A stretch of DNA of 64,000 nt from positions 2,764,689 to 2,828,688 of the forward strand of contig JAUPSS010000007.1 in NCBI GenBank assembly GCA_040285825.1, read 5' to 3'. Below the pieces are notes generated by a model. The model saw only the letters and a program-made list of their open reading frames with translations. It searched no databases and had not been told where the DNA came from. The stretch comes from Eukaryota sp. TZLM1-RC (taxonomy: Eukaryota; Protista; Metamonada: BaSk clade). The position numbers and the translations under genes were made by a program. Shown piece by piece: positions 45,969 to 58,366 of this stretch (position 1 is the stretch's first letter; every line of letters starts with the position of its first letter).

Positions 45969-48485
45969 ATGGTCCGATCCTCCATTCAGCGCCTTTTTCA
46001 AGCTGAATCCAGTCGTGTTAAATGTATAGACTTTCATGATACACAGCCTCTTGTTCTCTGTGCACTCTATGATGGATCAGTGACGATCTACAATTACAAC
46101 ACTAGCTCTGTAACAACAAATATCACTGTCTCCAACGATCCAGTTCGTGCTGCCCGTTGGATCCCATCTCACCATGGAAAACCATGGATCCTTACTGCCT
46201 CAGACGACGGTAAGGTCCGTGTCTTCAACACAAACACGAGCGAGAAGGTGAAAACCATTGCTGTCTCCCCTGACTACCTACGTGCCATTGCCGTCCACCC
46301 TTCCGATCCCACCTTCATCGTAGCCGGTGATGACATGCTTATACGTTCCTACACGTGGCAGGGTGATGATTTTGCACTCAAGTCTACCTTTGAGGGCCAC
46401 GGTCACTACGTCATGTCTGTTTCTTTCAACCCCAACGAGCCCTCTCAATTTGCCAGTGGTTCTCTTGATAACACAGCCAAGGTTTGGTCTCTTCACCACA
46501 AGGACACACTATACACTCTTTCTGGCCACACAAAGGGAATTGATGACGTATCATTCTTTCCTCATTCGGAGTTTCCTTATTTAGCAACATCGGCTGATGA
46601 TTTTACGATTAAAGTTTGGGACACAACTAACAGAGTTTGTGTGAAAACTCTTGAACACCACACGAATAACGTCTCGGCCATCAAGTTCCACCCCAAATTA
46701 CCTTTATTAATATCTGGTTCTGAAGATGGCTCTGTTTGTATTTTCGATGTCCCCAGTTTTGAAGTTTCTAATTCAATAAGTTATGGCATGAATCGTATCT
46801 GGTCTCTTGATGTTGGTATTGAATCTTCTACACTTGCAATAGGAGCTGATGATGGTTCAATGGTAGTTAAGCTTGCTTCAGACTTGCCTACAGCTTCTTT
46901 GGGTAGTGATGGAAGAATTGTTTTGGCGAAAGAAGGTGAAGTTCGACTTTTGGAACCAAGAAGAGTAGTGAGAAAAGGAATGGTGCTAGAAGAAGGTGCT
47001 TCCTTGGATATAGAAGCTGTCAGAGTACGACCAGTGGATTTTGGGGTGGAATCAGTATTACATAGACCAGAAGGAAGATTTGTTACTGTCGTAGGAGAAG
47101 GCAAGTATTCTATTTTCTCATCATTGGCTCTTGCTCCACAAGAAAATGGTAAAGCTGATCTTTTTTGCTGGGCTGTAGGCAGAAGTGGTGTTGAGTATGG
47201 TATAGTTGATGGGTCAAGGTTTTTGGTTTTCTCAAAGGCAACAGGTCAAAAAGATTTCAATCAACGACTTTCTTTAAGTTTGAAATTTTCTCCTTCTTTT
47301 GTGTTTTCTGGCCCTTTGATTGCTGCTGCCACTGAGTCCTTTGTCTGCTTTTATGATTGGGAATCTGGTGAAATGCTCCAACGCATAGATGTGGCAGTCT
47401 CCAACTTGGTCTGGAATAATGAGCGGTCAAAAATATGTATTTATGGTCCAGATGGCCTATTTATGCTGAATTTCAACGAACAAGAGGAGGAAATTTTCGA
47501 AGTTGAGCATGATTTGGCTTTAACTACAGTTCAATCAGTCACGTGGGTTTCCGAATCAGCCTTAATTTTGACCCAGACTTCACCAGACTCTCGAATCCTT
47601 TTCTGGACTGGAGGGAAACCACTTGAGATTGAAAAACCTTCGATTAATCATGTGGTTTTGGGATGGTTCCCAGACTTGGAAGTCTATTTAACTATTGATA
47701 AGAATGGATATATTTATGCTTTTGTTATATCTAAGGATTTGATTGTTGCCTTTAATGCACTATCAGTTTCCGATTTTGACGTTTTTGATGACGTTATGTC
47801 ACGTGTTAAGGGTTCAGTTTATGCAGAAATGATTGTAGAAGAATTGGAAAGCAGAAACGAATTCGAACGTGCCCTGAGCCTGACCTCTGTTGACTCCAAA
47901 AAATTGGACCTGTCACTCAAGACACAAAATTTTGAACAGGCCGTTGATCTTGCCGTTCAAATAAATGAAGCTTTTTCCTTCAAGTCTGTTGGAATTGCTG
48001 CAACACAAGCTGGGTATTTTGATATTGGAAAACAAATGATGTTAAAATCAAATGATTTGCCTTCTTGTTTAGTATTAGGGGTTTGTTTAAACGATGTTGA
48101 TCTAATCAACTATGTCAAATCAGAGTCAATCAATCAAAATGATTTAAATTCTTTATATTTGGCTTGTTTTTTGACTAGGGATGTTGAGGGATGCTTGAAT
48201 GCACTTGAATCAAGCGGGCTAGTCGCTGAAGCTGCTCATTTTGTCAGAACTTTTGATCCAAAGAATGTAGAAAAATATGTACAATTATGGAAAAACAGTC
48301 TTGCCAAAACAAATCCTAGGGTTGCAGAGTCGTTGGTTATTCCTCAGATGGAAGCAGAATTTCACTCCCCAAGAGCTAGTGAAGGTGACGTGGACAAGAA
48401 GGAAGATGAGTCAGGTGGTGAAGATAATGATAAAGTAGATACAGTTGAATCAGAAGGAGAAAAATCTGAAGAGTTGAGTGAATAG
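45969..48485 (+). CDS. SEC27: coatomer subunit beta' (COPI)
   Basis: SSRVKCIDFH..PLVL.ALY.G, DYLRAIAVHP, FEGHGHYVM, FASGSLD, PYLATSADD, IISGSEDG WD40 repeats followed by an alpha-solenoid. Confidence 0.95.
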   Translation: MVRSSIQRLFQAESSRVKCIDFHDTQPLVLCALYDGSVTIYNYNTSSVTTNITVSNDPVRAARWIPSHHGKPWILTASDDGKVRVFNTNTSEKVKTIAVSPDYLRAIAVHPSDPTFIVAGDDMLIRSYTWQGDDFALKSTFEGHGHYVMSVSFNPNEPSQFASGSLDNTAKVWSLHHKDTLYTLSGHTKGIDDVSFFPHSEFPYLATSADDFTIKVWDTTNRVCVKTLEHHTNNVSAIKFHPKLPLLISGSEDGSVCIFDVPSFEVSNSISYGMNRIWSLDVGIESSTLAIGADDGSMVVKLASDLPTASLGSDGRIVLAKEGEVRLLEPRRVVRKGMVLEEGASLDIEAVRVRPVDFGVESVLHRPEGRFVTVVGEGKYSIFSSLALAPQENGKADLFCWAVGRSGVEYGIVDGSRFLVFSKATGQKDFNQRLSLSLKFSPSFVFSGPLIAAATESFVCFYDWESGEMLQRIDVAVSNLVWNNERSKICIYGPDGLFMLNFNEQEEEIFEVEHDLALTTVQSVTWVSESALILTQTSPDSRILFWTGGKPLEIEKPSINHVVLGWFPDLEVYLTIDKNGYIYAFVISKDLIVAFNALSVSDFDVFDDVMSRVKGSVYAEMIVEELESRNEFERALSLTSVDSKKLDLSLKTQNFEQAVDLAVQINEAFSFKSVGIAATQAGYFDIGKQMMLKSNDLPSCLVLGVCLNDVDLINYVKSESINQNDLNSLYLACFLTRDVEGCLNALESSGLVAEAAHFVRTFDPKNVEKYVQLWKNSLAKTNPRVAESLVIPQMEAEFHSPRASEGDVDKKEDESGGEDNDKVDTVESEGEKSEELSE

Positions 48486-48928
48486 ATAAATGGTTAATTT
48501 GTTTATAAATATTCTTTATGATTCTATTTAGTTGTATTTTGTTTATAAATATTCTTTATGATTCTATTTAGTTAAGCTGATCAATCTCTAAAAACTTTAA
48601 AATGAGCTTGATGTCTTCTAAGCTTAGATTTGATGGTGTTTGGATAGATGTTGCTCAGGAAAAGAGTATTCTCTTTGTATTTTAAACTTGTTGTTTTACA
48701 AAACAATTTGAATGAAAACAAGCTGACCAAAACCCGGGACTTGTTGTGACAAAACACAGTAATTTTGTCTCACAGCAAGAACGTTCGCTTAGAAAACAAT
48801 ATAATTCAATATAGAAGGTTATATTCTGAAAAGATGACTTTGTAAAACCCCCTTTGTGTAATATTCAATTGTAATTATTCTGCTCACCCTACTTTCAAAA
48901 CTTCTTAAACCCTTCTTGATCCACCACT

Positions 48929-51520
48929 ATGGCAGATCTCCGTAGTCTTATGGCCGAAGCTGAAAAGGCTCGCGAGGAAGAAGCACTTAAACTTGCAGCT
49001 GAACTCGCTGAAGCCCGTCGTTATGAACTTCAAGTACTTGAGCTTGAAGAAAAGGCCATTGCTGAAGAAGAACGCGCTCGTCTGGAAAAAGAACAGGCCG
49101 ACTTTCTTAAACGCGAGGCTGATCGTGCTGCTCTCGAACACGCTGCTTATCTCATGGACGAGGAACGTCGCATCCGCGCTGAAGCTGCCCTGCTCGAAGC
49201 AACCTCCAAGAAACGCCAACTTGAAGAATCAAATGTTGCCCCTTCACCCACTAAATCATCCCCTCCTGATGACGCCTCTGATGAAATTAAGCGCCAGACA
49301 CTCGCTGCCGAAGCAGAGGAACGTGCGAGGTGGCTACGTGAAGTAGAAGCTCGCCGTCGTGATCTTGAAGAGACTAAGCGTCGTCGAAACGAAGCTTCTG
49401 CTCTTCGTAAGCTTACGTCAACCATGTCTATCGCTGAATCTAGCGCAATCGAGTCTCCTAATGCCGGAACGCCTCGGCGTGATCTGATTGAAACTTTACG
49501 ATCTCCACAGAAAGCCTCGCCCAGAAAGGACGCGTCATCCGCTCAAAGATCACCTCGCCACGTTAACAGTCCGAAAAGTCCCAGAACTTCCCGAGATTCC
49601 GGTAAAGTCATTTTAATTATGACCGTCGACATTGGTGATGGTAGGGTTGCTTCTATTGAAATTAAGGAACGATCAAATTATTATGAACTAGCCAGAGAAT
49701 TCTGTGCGAATCATGACCTTCCAAATGAAGTAATTGGGCCACTGGCCAGTAGAATTAAACAAAATGTAGCTGATTTGAAACAACAGCAAACACAACCAAA
49801 ACAACGACCCTCTTCTGCTAACCCTAACCCTAACTCTAACCCTAAAAGTGGGAGAAGGAGTAATAAGAAACGTGTAGAAGCGTTGGTTCATGATGTACCT
49901 TTAGAACGAGAGAAGAAAAGAAAGCAAGCTCAGCTAGCTCAGAGTTCGGGGTCTTATTCTCCCACGATTCTTGATAGAAGCAGAAAACTGGTTAAGGAAG
50001 GTTCTGGTGATTCAGTTTTTGACCGTCTGTATCAATCAAAACCTTCTCAGCCGAAATTGATTGAATCTGAAAAGGAAACTGCTGAGGCTGAGACGGCTAC
50101 ACCAAACAAGCCGAAGTCAAAAGCATTTGTTAACAGAAAATCAAGAGAGCTGACCGCGTCTCGCAACTCTGATGGTTTTCAAAACTATGGTGAACGTCTC
50201 TATCAGGAAGGATTACAGTCAATAAAATCACGAAACGCCAAAATTTCAGAGATGACGAGTAAGGATCAAGAAGATCCAGAGCTCACTTTAAAACCAAAAA
50301 CTTCTAAAACTTGCCGAACAATCACTAGGGACGGTAGCGAGGCATGGGAACGGATCATTGACGCTGATGGTCAATTAAAACGTCAAGGACTTGAAATGTT
50401 GCAGCAAAAAGCTATCGAAGATGTGGAAAAATCGTGTACATTCAAACCATCAATCAATAAGCGATCTGAAAAACTCGTCCTGAAACTCCAACAAGGCCGT
50501 AATATTAGTCCAAACCAGCACGCTGAGCAGCTGTATTTGGATGCAACTAGAAGAAACGAACGGTTAAAGGAATACCAACGATGGGTACCTGAAGAAGTTA
50601 CGTTTAAACCTACCACCGTTAGTAAACGACACAATGAATCACATGAGGACTTGGTCAATAGATTGGTTAATTCCAAAAGAATTACTGATGATCATTTAGA
50701 AGAATTGAGAAGGCAAATTCATTCTAATATTGACCCTGCAACAGGACAACCCTTGTTTACTCCAATCACTGGTCGCTCTCCCAAGAAGAGACGCACTGAT
50801 TTACCCATTGGGGATTGGTTGTTTATGAACAAAACTGATATGGATGATATTAAATCAAGGTTAGCTCAAATGGATGATGAAATAGTGAGAAATCAATCCA
50901 CTATTTCTCACGTACACCCCAATTCAGCTAAAATTGTCAATGAGTTACGGGCACGAAGGTTACGTGAAGTTTTTGATATGATAGATACTGATAAGGATGG
51001 TGTTATTCAATCAAATCTGATTGATTCGACTGCTACTGATTTACCTGATGATATTTGTTTTGAACTGTTCCCCTTAATCAAATCGTGTAAAAAAGAGCTA
51101 ATCACGTTTGCTGACTTTGTGTGTCTCATGGATGAACAATTGAGTAGTAATAAATGGGGACCAAGATCGTATCTTTTGACCACAAAGAAGCCTTCCACTA
51201 GTCCTGTCCAGCAATTTGAAGATGAGCAGTATTCATTCACTCCGAATTTAAACCCCAAGTCAGTGGAATTGGCAACCAAAAAAAGACCATCTACAATGCC
51301 AGTCGAACAAGCTCTTTTGGAAGAAGCTAAGAAGAAACAAGAACGTATTGTTGAACAATTAAAAGTGAAAGAAGAAGAAGAACTTGCAAGTTGTACTTTC
51401 ACTCCCAATACTCTTATGAAGATGCCTGAAGTGGAATATGAAGCTTGTGAACCTGTAGAAAGCAGAAGAATTGATTGCGATGATGATTGGAAGGAACAAT
51501 TAAGTTCGATGTTGGGTTAA
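48929..51520 (+). CDS. coiled-coil protein with (C)TFxP repeats and an EF-hand, probably cytoskeletal/flagellar
   Basis: 863-aa ORF with repeats LTLKP, CTFKP, VTFKP, YSFTP, CTFTP, plus VFDRLY/GERLY motifs and FDMIDTDKDGVI. Confidence 0.75.
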   Translation: MADLRSLMAEAEKAREEEALKLAAELAEARRYELQVLELEEKAIAEEERARLEKEQADFLKREADRAALEHAAYLMDEERRIRAEAALLEATSKKRQLEESNVAPSPTKSSPPDDASDEIKRQTLAAEAEERARWLREVEARRRDLEETKRRRNEASALRKLTSTMSIAESSAIESPNAGTPRRDLIETLRSPQKASPRKDASSAQRSPRHVNSPKSPRTSRDSGKVILIMTVDIGDGRVASIEIKERSNYYELAREFCANHDLPNEVIGPLASRIKQNVADLKQQQTQPKQRPSSANPNPNSNPKSGRRSNKKRVEALVHDVPLEREKKRKQAQLAQSSGSYSPTILDRSRKLVKEGSGDSVFDRLYQSKPSQPKLIESEKETAEAETATPNKPKSKAFVNRKSRELTASRNSDGFQNYGERLYQEGLQSIKSRNAKISEMTSKDQEDPELTLKPKTSKTCRTITRDGSEAWERIIDADGQLKRQGLEMLQQKAIEDVEKSCTFKPSINKRSEKLVLKLQQGRNISPNQHAEQLYLDATRRNERLKEYQRWVPEEVTFKPTTVSKRHNESHEDLVNRLVNSKRITDDHLEELRRQIHSNIDPATGQPLFTPITGRSPKKRRTDLPIGDWLFMNKTDMDDIKSRLAQMDDEIVRNQSTISHVHPNSAKIVNELRARRLREVFDMIDTDKDGVIQSNLIDSTATDLPDDICFELFPLIKSCKKELITFADFVCLMDEQLSSNKWGPRSYLLTTKKPSTSPVQQFEDEQYSFTPNLNPKSVELATKKRPSTMPVEQALLEEAKKKQERIVEQLKVKEEEELASCTFTPNTLMKMPEVEYEACEPVESRRIDCDDDWKEQLSSMLG

Positions 51521-51599
51521 TTTTCTTTGTATTATATGTAGAAAGTTAGATTTTTGGTGATAAATTTTATTATATTTTTTTTAATTGTAATTTTATTCA

Positions 51600-52720
51600 A
51601 AACCTATAAATCAACATCTGAAAAATCCATCTCTCCCAGAACAAAAACACTAGATGCAACTTTCTCATAGTGAGATCCAAGAGAATGCAAAGCATCAGAA
51701 ACCATCTTCAACATCCCCTTAAAAATAGAAAACACAATTCTATTTTGCCAAAACACTCTGTTCAAATTTCAGTTCTTCTCCTTACAATCATTTCAAAATC
51801 TTCCAAAAAACGTAAAGTCGTTGGTGTACGTGGACCAAAAAGAAAAAATACAAATGAATACAAAATGTATTTTGCATGCTGTTGACTGGCCAAGTTGAAC
51901 AAAGGTTCATTGTATTTTTTGAAGTTCAAATTTTCAGCGTTTGAAAGAGGATTATAAATTTCAGAAATAACAAGCCTTTCATTTGAGGCATTACAAAGAT
52001 CAACCAACATTGCATTCACCAAAATGAAGGTTCCACCCTAATCCAAGTAATATGACATCACCTCTATTATTCTTATGAAAATCATCTTCAGCATCAAACA
52101 GATTTGACAATAGAGGTTCCAAGAAGGATTCAATTCTATGAGATTTACACATACAATATAACTTGTCTCTTACAGCATCATGAACCTTGCTTCTAAAAGT
52201 AATAAAATGTTTACAATTTAACAAATGAGTAGTTGTAATTTCTTGAGAACATTTACAAATTAAATTATGAGGTAAACTATCAGGCCAGATAAAGGAACGA
52301 AATCTCATATTCAGAGTCCAAGCAGAATCGGATAAGAGAGTACCATAAACTTGGGGAATTGTTGTTACTAAGGCAGAAGAAGTACTGTCACACATATCTT
52401 GTAAAAGATTTGCAAAAGCGGGATTCTTTTTCTTGGCCAAGCCAAGTCTAACATCAAAATCCAAGCTTTCAAAAATCTTTGATTATTTTTGTTGAAGCTT
52501 TTTACAGCAAAACTGTAAATTAAAAAGAGATCGGTTTGGAATTTCTTGAATCGATTGAGGAAAACATTTGGTTCAAATTTGTGGCGGCAATTTTTCAAGT
52601 TCACAAAAAAAGTTATTAAAAGTTATTAAGTTACAAAAGTTATTATATTTTTGTTGAAATACCAAACCGGATAGACCGACAGCACAAACTGTAGAAAGAC
52701 CTGGAACAACATCTATGACT
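51600..52720 (-). mobile_element. decayed CRE-like non-LTR copy (family B-related)
   Basis: CKCSQ...THLLNCKHF..RSKVHDAVRD...EPLL...NNRGDVIL, K..KY, WQNRIVFSIFKG. Confidence 0.8.
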
Positions 52721-53419
52721 TCAATAGGTGTGAAAGGCTTATTTGGCAATTATTTTGAACAGAGAACGTTTTTGAAGGAACATTTTTTATATCATCTAAA
52801 TAATCAATCTTTCCCAAAACAAAACAGCTAAATGCAACTCTCTCATAGTGAGATCCAAGAGAAAGTTCAGATTGTTTGCAACAATTAGGAATAGAATTAG
52901 AAAATCGCGCAGCTAAGAAATGTAATGATGTTTACACGTGTATTGAGTTCTAGTTTTAGTTTAGGCAAGCAAATCAAGATTTTGTAGAGGAAATCTTGGT
53001 TTAATGATAGTCGTCCCATTAGTTATGATTTAATTTAATCAAGTGTGCAAATTCAATAAATACGATAGTTCTAGTTTTTGGTGTATTTGTGTTTGTTGGT
53101 GCTTCAATATCAATGCAAATTCCCTGTGAACATTCATGAGAATAAATGTAAACCAACGATGCTGCAAGGGCCAGTGAGTGTGGAAAGGAAAGAAGTGTTT
53201 TATTGATTAAAAAGGATTCATGAGTGTCAATCATTTTTGTTATAAAGGAAACCTAACTTTTCATCTCCAATGACCAATGATACTTACCCAATGAGTTTAT
53301 TGGGCCAGGAAGGGCTTGACATAAACAACTCAGAGTATCCATCATCATCTCACCAGACGACAACTTCGCAAAACACTTTCTTTTCTGTTGTTAGCACTAG
53401 GTTTGTTTCACTCATGTAA

Positions 53420-53944
53420 ATGTCACTGATATTTAGGGCTAAAGAAGTTAATCCTCTGGTTTATCTGACGGTTGCGATCATGTTTGTGCTTTTGATAGCC
53501 ATCATCGTCCTTGTAAATGGCAGACAGACTCCTGAAAGCCGTGGATTCTACGTGAAGGAGTTCCTGTCCGGGGATGAATACATGGTAGATATCGATAGAC
53601 AAGAGTTTCTACATGACAACAAAGAAGATAATAATGTAGTATCTTGTACTTTGCACCGAATTTGTGATGGTTCAGAGCGTGTTGACACCTGTCCAGACAC
53701 CAGTATTCTTGATATGTTTACAGTACATAAAGACGCCCAGAAAGGTGGAGATAGAGTTGCCAATTATGACTTACCCCAAGGATCATTTTCCACTGCATGT
53801 ATTGAGTACTATCATAATCACCAAACCTGGTGTTTAGAAGATGATTGGATTACAATCTATACGGGATCATCGGGGGATGAGTTTTTGTTTTCGCAGCATC
53901 GTCACCTGGATCAGAATGAAATAGCTGATAGCCAAACCTGCTAA
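53420..53944 (+). CDS. hypothetical type II membrane protein with Cys-containing ectodomain
   Basis: N-terminal hydrophobic helix (LVYLTVAIMFVLLIAIIVLV) followed by a ~140-aa domain with 6 Cys. Confidence 0.6.
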   Translation: MSLIFRAKEVNPLVYLTVAIMFVLLIAIIVLVNGRQTPESRGFYVKEFLSGDEYMVDIDRQEFLHDNKEDNNVVSCTLHRICDGSERVDTCPDTSILDMFTVHKDAQKGGDRVANYDLPQGSFSTACIEYYHNHQTWCLEDDWITIYTGSSGDEFLFSQHRHLDQNEIADSQTC

Positions 53945-55659
53945 CTTCACGGTGAACTCCATCGTAGATCTGTTTTGTATTTTTTGCATACTATGTCATA
54001 CAAATTTTAGGCTCATTCGTTTATCTTTTTTTGAGGTACCCGATACTGGAAAGCCATGAGCATTCTATGCTGTCCTATGTCCACTTTGAGTTGCTAAACT
54101 TGTTTCTCCAACAACGAAACAATGCGTCACTAAAGATTCCGACACAGAAGGAAAGTGACCCAGAAATCATCGCCTTTCAAATTAAAAAAAGTTCACATTT
54201 CACACTTTGATGGGTAAATCCAGGTATCGGATAAAAATAATTTTGGCAATTCTTAAAATGATTATCTTCAAATTCATATTTTGGAAATTGGTTCTGTTTT
54301 TCAAGTAAATTAGTTTCATGTTATCCAAAGTCTTTGTCATCACTGAAAGGGTCTGTTCAAAAGTTACAGATCTCCCTGGCACTTTCAACTTTTTAATGAG
54401 AAACCAACAAAATTTTCAACAGATCATATTGGCAAAAAAGAAATCTGTTCTCTATTTTAAGGGAATGTTGATGATGGTTTCTGATTCTTCGCTTTCTCTT
54501 GGTACCACTATGACAGAGTAGCCTGTAGCTGTAGCTGGTTTGTGTGGGACAGATGGTTCAATTAGAAGTTGATTGATATGTTCTTGAACAAACAAATATT
54601 ATTACCAAAAGTTACAGATGACGTGTTTGGATACATTAGAGAATTTGGATTTCCAAAAATTAACTTGATTGGCAAAGTCTAAACATACCGTTCTTTAAAC
54701 ATTGATTTTTCTGGATATTTATTTAGTGTTTACAATTGGTATGCTCTTATGAGAATTCGTTTAGGTACATCTCCTTACTCAATTTCATTTCACGCAAGAT
54801 GTGATTGTAGTTCTCCATGTTGACCTTTGTCCTTTTCCTATGCTGTCAATTGTAACAAAATGATCACTCACAGATCATTTATTTATAATTTATTTATTTG
54901 TATTTTTGCCATCAGAAAAATTTTTGACTAATTCTAAATGTCATTGGCTTATGAGTCTACAAAGTTTCATTGAGAATCTTGATGCTGATGTTTGGTCTTC
55001 TTTGTTTCCTGTTTCTTCCAGTGAAATTCCTCAAGGATCTATTTTCTCTTTACCTATGTGTTTCTGCAAATTGCAGAAATAATTCGTTAGTTATCACAAA
55101 AGCCGGGATCTTAAAAATCGTATTACCGTGAGTTAATTTGATAGTCCTGTTTTCTGTGCTATCTTGAAGGATATTTCTGGTGATCCGGCATCTTTGTTGG
55201 TAATTCGTAGCCCTCAACGGTTTAAATTTAACTTAAATAATCATGATTGGTGGGTAAACATTTGAAAGTTGAAGTGTGTTATTTGATGATATATTCGACA
55301 GAATATATTATTAATACTGATATTATTTGATAGAATCGCAACCTAAATATAGTTTTAAAAAGTGGTTTCAATAACGATTCAATTTTGTGCGATCAACACA
55401 TATAGTGTTTTTTGTCTCATACAGCATCAAGCACAGCACTACAGCGCATTAATTGGTTTTCACATATGAACTATAACTCATTTGACATGTTGAAGGTTAA
55501 AGGGGAAAAGTAAAAAATTTCTCAACGTGGCTGGTCATTAGTAGTCGTCAGATTAAAAAAGATAAGTGTGTTCGCAAATTGCAGCAAAAATTTGATAGTT
55601 ATTTATTTAAATATCATTATTTATTGAAAATCGTAACTAATAACTAATCAACAAAATTA

Positions 55660-55950
55660 AAATTCTAAATCTTTTTATCCCAAATCAGCCAAGAAGAATT
55701 CATTGGAAGTATTTCCTTCATAAAAGTGACCAAGAGATTATAAAGCAGAAGACATTAAGGGGACGACACCTTTAAAAATTGAAAATACAATTCTGTTCTG
55801 TCAAAAGATTTTGTCAAATATTCTTCCTGTACGTTGTTTTACAATTTCAACAAAATCATCCTAGAAAGATAAATCAAGTGGTCCAACGGTGTCATGTAGG
55901 CAAACAGCAAATGGACAAAAGACACAATAAGTATACGATCCAGCATTGAA
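55660..55950 (-). mobile_element. family B non-LTR 3' fragment
   Basis: Reverse complement closely resembles 1500-1795. Confidence 0.75.
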
Positions 55951-56811
55951 GGATTGCAACAATTGTTTTCTGCTTGTCTTTTCTGAACTTGCAGAAAATT
56001 CAGCTGAAACTCAATCCAATCTGCATGATGTATAGCCCTCTGGAATTTCAGTCATCCTCGTCCCTTTTCCTGTTATAGTCTACTATCGATTTGGTGCCAA
56101 CCGCTGAAGGTGCACTATATCGAGGGATTTCCATTTTTCACTAAGACAATATGTTGTCTGATGGTTGGATTAACAAAAACAAAAATATCTTTGCCTAAAG
56201 GGTCTTACATGATATCCAGAGACAAGGAAAGTGTTAACGTTGCTTTCTACAAGATGTTGGTAATGTTCTGGGAGGGACTCGAACCCAGGACATTGAAGTT
56301 GGGTAGAGTGAAAAGTACCAATATGACTCAACACACCAAGTTAGATGAAATACCAAACCGGATAGAGCGACAGCACTCAATCCAATCTGCATGATGATCA
56401 TTATCTGTTATAATTCAAGAAAAATAATTCAGGAAAATTCTAAAATAAGCAAATCAATATGAAGATGGCAGAATCGGAACAAAACAATCGTAACCAGTTT
56501 ATTATTTTTATCTACAATGAAATGATTTGTAGCTAACAATGATGTTAATCAATTGTTAGGTTAGCTCGCCATCAAATTTTAGTGATTTCGATTGATTGAG
56601 TAGTTATACAGCTGGTGTATTGTCAATCTTAAATCAGTACACATCACAGTTTGAAAAGAAGCTGAATTCAGATGAATAAATGGATAACACCGTACCAAGA
56701 ATTAACAATACAAAAATACAATTGCAAAAATAAAAAGCAAAAAAAAAACTTTATTAGGAAAAACTAAAATTAAATAAGATATTTTGCAAAAAAATACCAC
56801 AATAGCTAAAT

Positions 56812-57603
56812 CTAGACAAACTTAATATCATTTTTCTCCCAAAAATCATCTCTTATTAAATCGCAATGTTTCACCTGCAACACTGGTTTCCATCTCTTCA
56901 CTACTTCACCTTGTGGCGTAACCTTTCCAGGAACTTCTAGTAACTGTTGTTGCCAAAACAAAACAGTTCCTTTGCGATGTAATAGTGGCAAATTGTTGTA
57001 GTTTATTCCAAATTTGCTAAACAAGAGCTCATTCTTGTCGGCAGAAACTGTTGTAGATAGAAAGTTCTCAGCAGTTTTGGGATCCAGACCACCATTCACC
57101 TCATTGGCATCAACAAGCTTCCAAAAGCAATAGTTATAGAGGTTATTAATGTGACAATCCACTTGCCTCCAAGAAAGATAGTCACGCATAGTTTGATAGG
57201 AGGGGTATAAAATACACCTAGAATCAAACGAGGGGATTGACTGCATGGGATAATCAAAGTACTTGTTCCATGAAGCAACATATGCCGCAGAGAACAGTGA
57301 CACGATGGTTGTCGCAATTTTAGACTGTCTTCGTTTAAACAGTTTCGCAGAAGGCTGTAAGATAAAAGAATACTCGTCTGATTGTCCATATCCAATGAAT
57401 ATGTCTCTATATTGTGTCATCACTTCCGCTGCAGCAGCATTCATTAAATGAAGAGCTCTGTCGTCAGAAGGCTTTGTGAAGTTATGTAGATCCGCAAATT
57501 GATGGAAACAACGACCATCGATTCTAACAACGATGAAACATTGGGGAAGTGCAGTATCATCCATCTCAAACTGCCTAACATATTCGTACTTGGATTGAGC
57601 CAT
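56812..57603 (-). CDS. THG1: tRNA(His) guanylyltransferase
   Basis: MAQSKYEYVRQFE, VVRIDGRCFH, YGQSDEYSF, FDSR, DYLSWRQVDCHINNLYN, KNELLFSKFGINYN. Confidence 0.97.
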   Translation of the reverse strand: MAQSKYEYVRQFEMDDTALPQCFIVVRIDGRCFHQFADLHNFTKPSDDRALHLMNAAAAEVMTQYRDIFIGYGQSDEYSFILQPSAKLFKRRQSKIATTIVSLFSAAYVASWNKYFDYPMQSIPSFDSRCILYPSYQTMRDYLSWRQVDCHINNLYNYCFWKLVDANEVNGGLDPKTAENFLSTTVSADKNELLFSKFGINYNNLPLLHRKGTVLFWQQQLLEVPGKVTPQGEVVKRWKPVLQVKHCDLIRDDFWEKNDIKFV

Positions 57604-58366
57604 TTAAGTGAAAGAGGCAGGAACCTATTGATTAAGATTCGTCTTTATGTTCACAAGTTGATAGATTTTCGACTCTTCACCATAAACAATTCTTAATCTT
57701 TTTTTGTGAAATTAACTCTTGTCCGTTTTTCTTTTGAAAGAGAGAGTGGAGAGGGACCAACAATCTCTGTACATAGAATACCAGATTGAGAACTTTTAAT
57801 TGTTCTTTAGAAGTGCAAATGCCAGACTGTATCAACATGAATTGTGTTTTGGAGAGGTAAATAATTTTGATTTAATTAATGTAGAGACTGCATTGTGTAA
57901 TTCCGACCATTCAACACACAGAAATTGCAAAATGGATATAAGGCTCCTCCCGCTATAGTTAGGTTTCCTTGACAAATCAGTGAAAATATTGCCCAGCTGT
58001 TGAGACCAAATTCAATGGTAATATTACACTCATGAATTTTAATAAAAAATGATTGATAGTAGACGAGTATTGTACATGGTGTGTATAACGTTGCAACCAA
58101 CCTGCTGTTGAAAGTATTCAAATAGAGCGTGATAGTGTTTTGTTAATTGCTTGGCTATAGAGGTTCTATTAATTGCTGCTGATATCCAACACCTACAATA
58201 GTAAAGAGCACACACTGACGAAGCGTGTATGCAGGAACGACAAGAAATTCGAGGAGCTGTGTTGGGAACAAGTCAAATTTACAATCTGGCTGATTTCCCT
58301 GCAGTCTCCATTCATTGTTTTCCATAGGATTGTACACCCTCTGTGTTTTCCAAGAGTATTCCCATC

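Noticed and set aside
48499-48573. 35-bp tandem duplication after coatomer beta'
   Set aside because: Simple local duplication in an AT-rich 3' UTR with no further structure.
49817-49844. Telomere-like (CCCTAA)n tract
   Set aside because: In frame within a CDS encoding NPNPNSNPK; explained by a low-complexity peptide.
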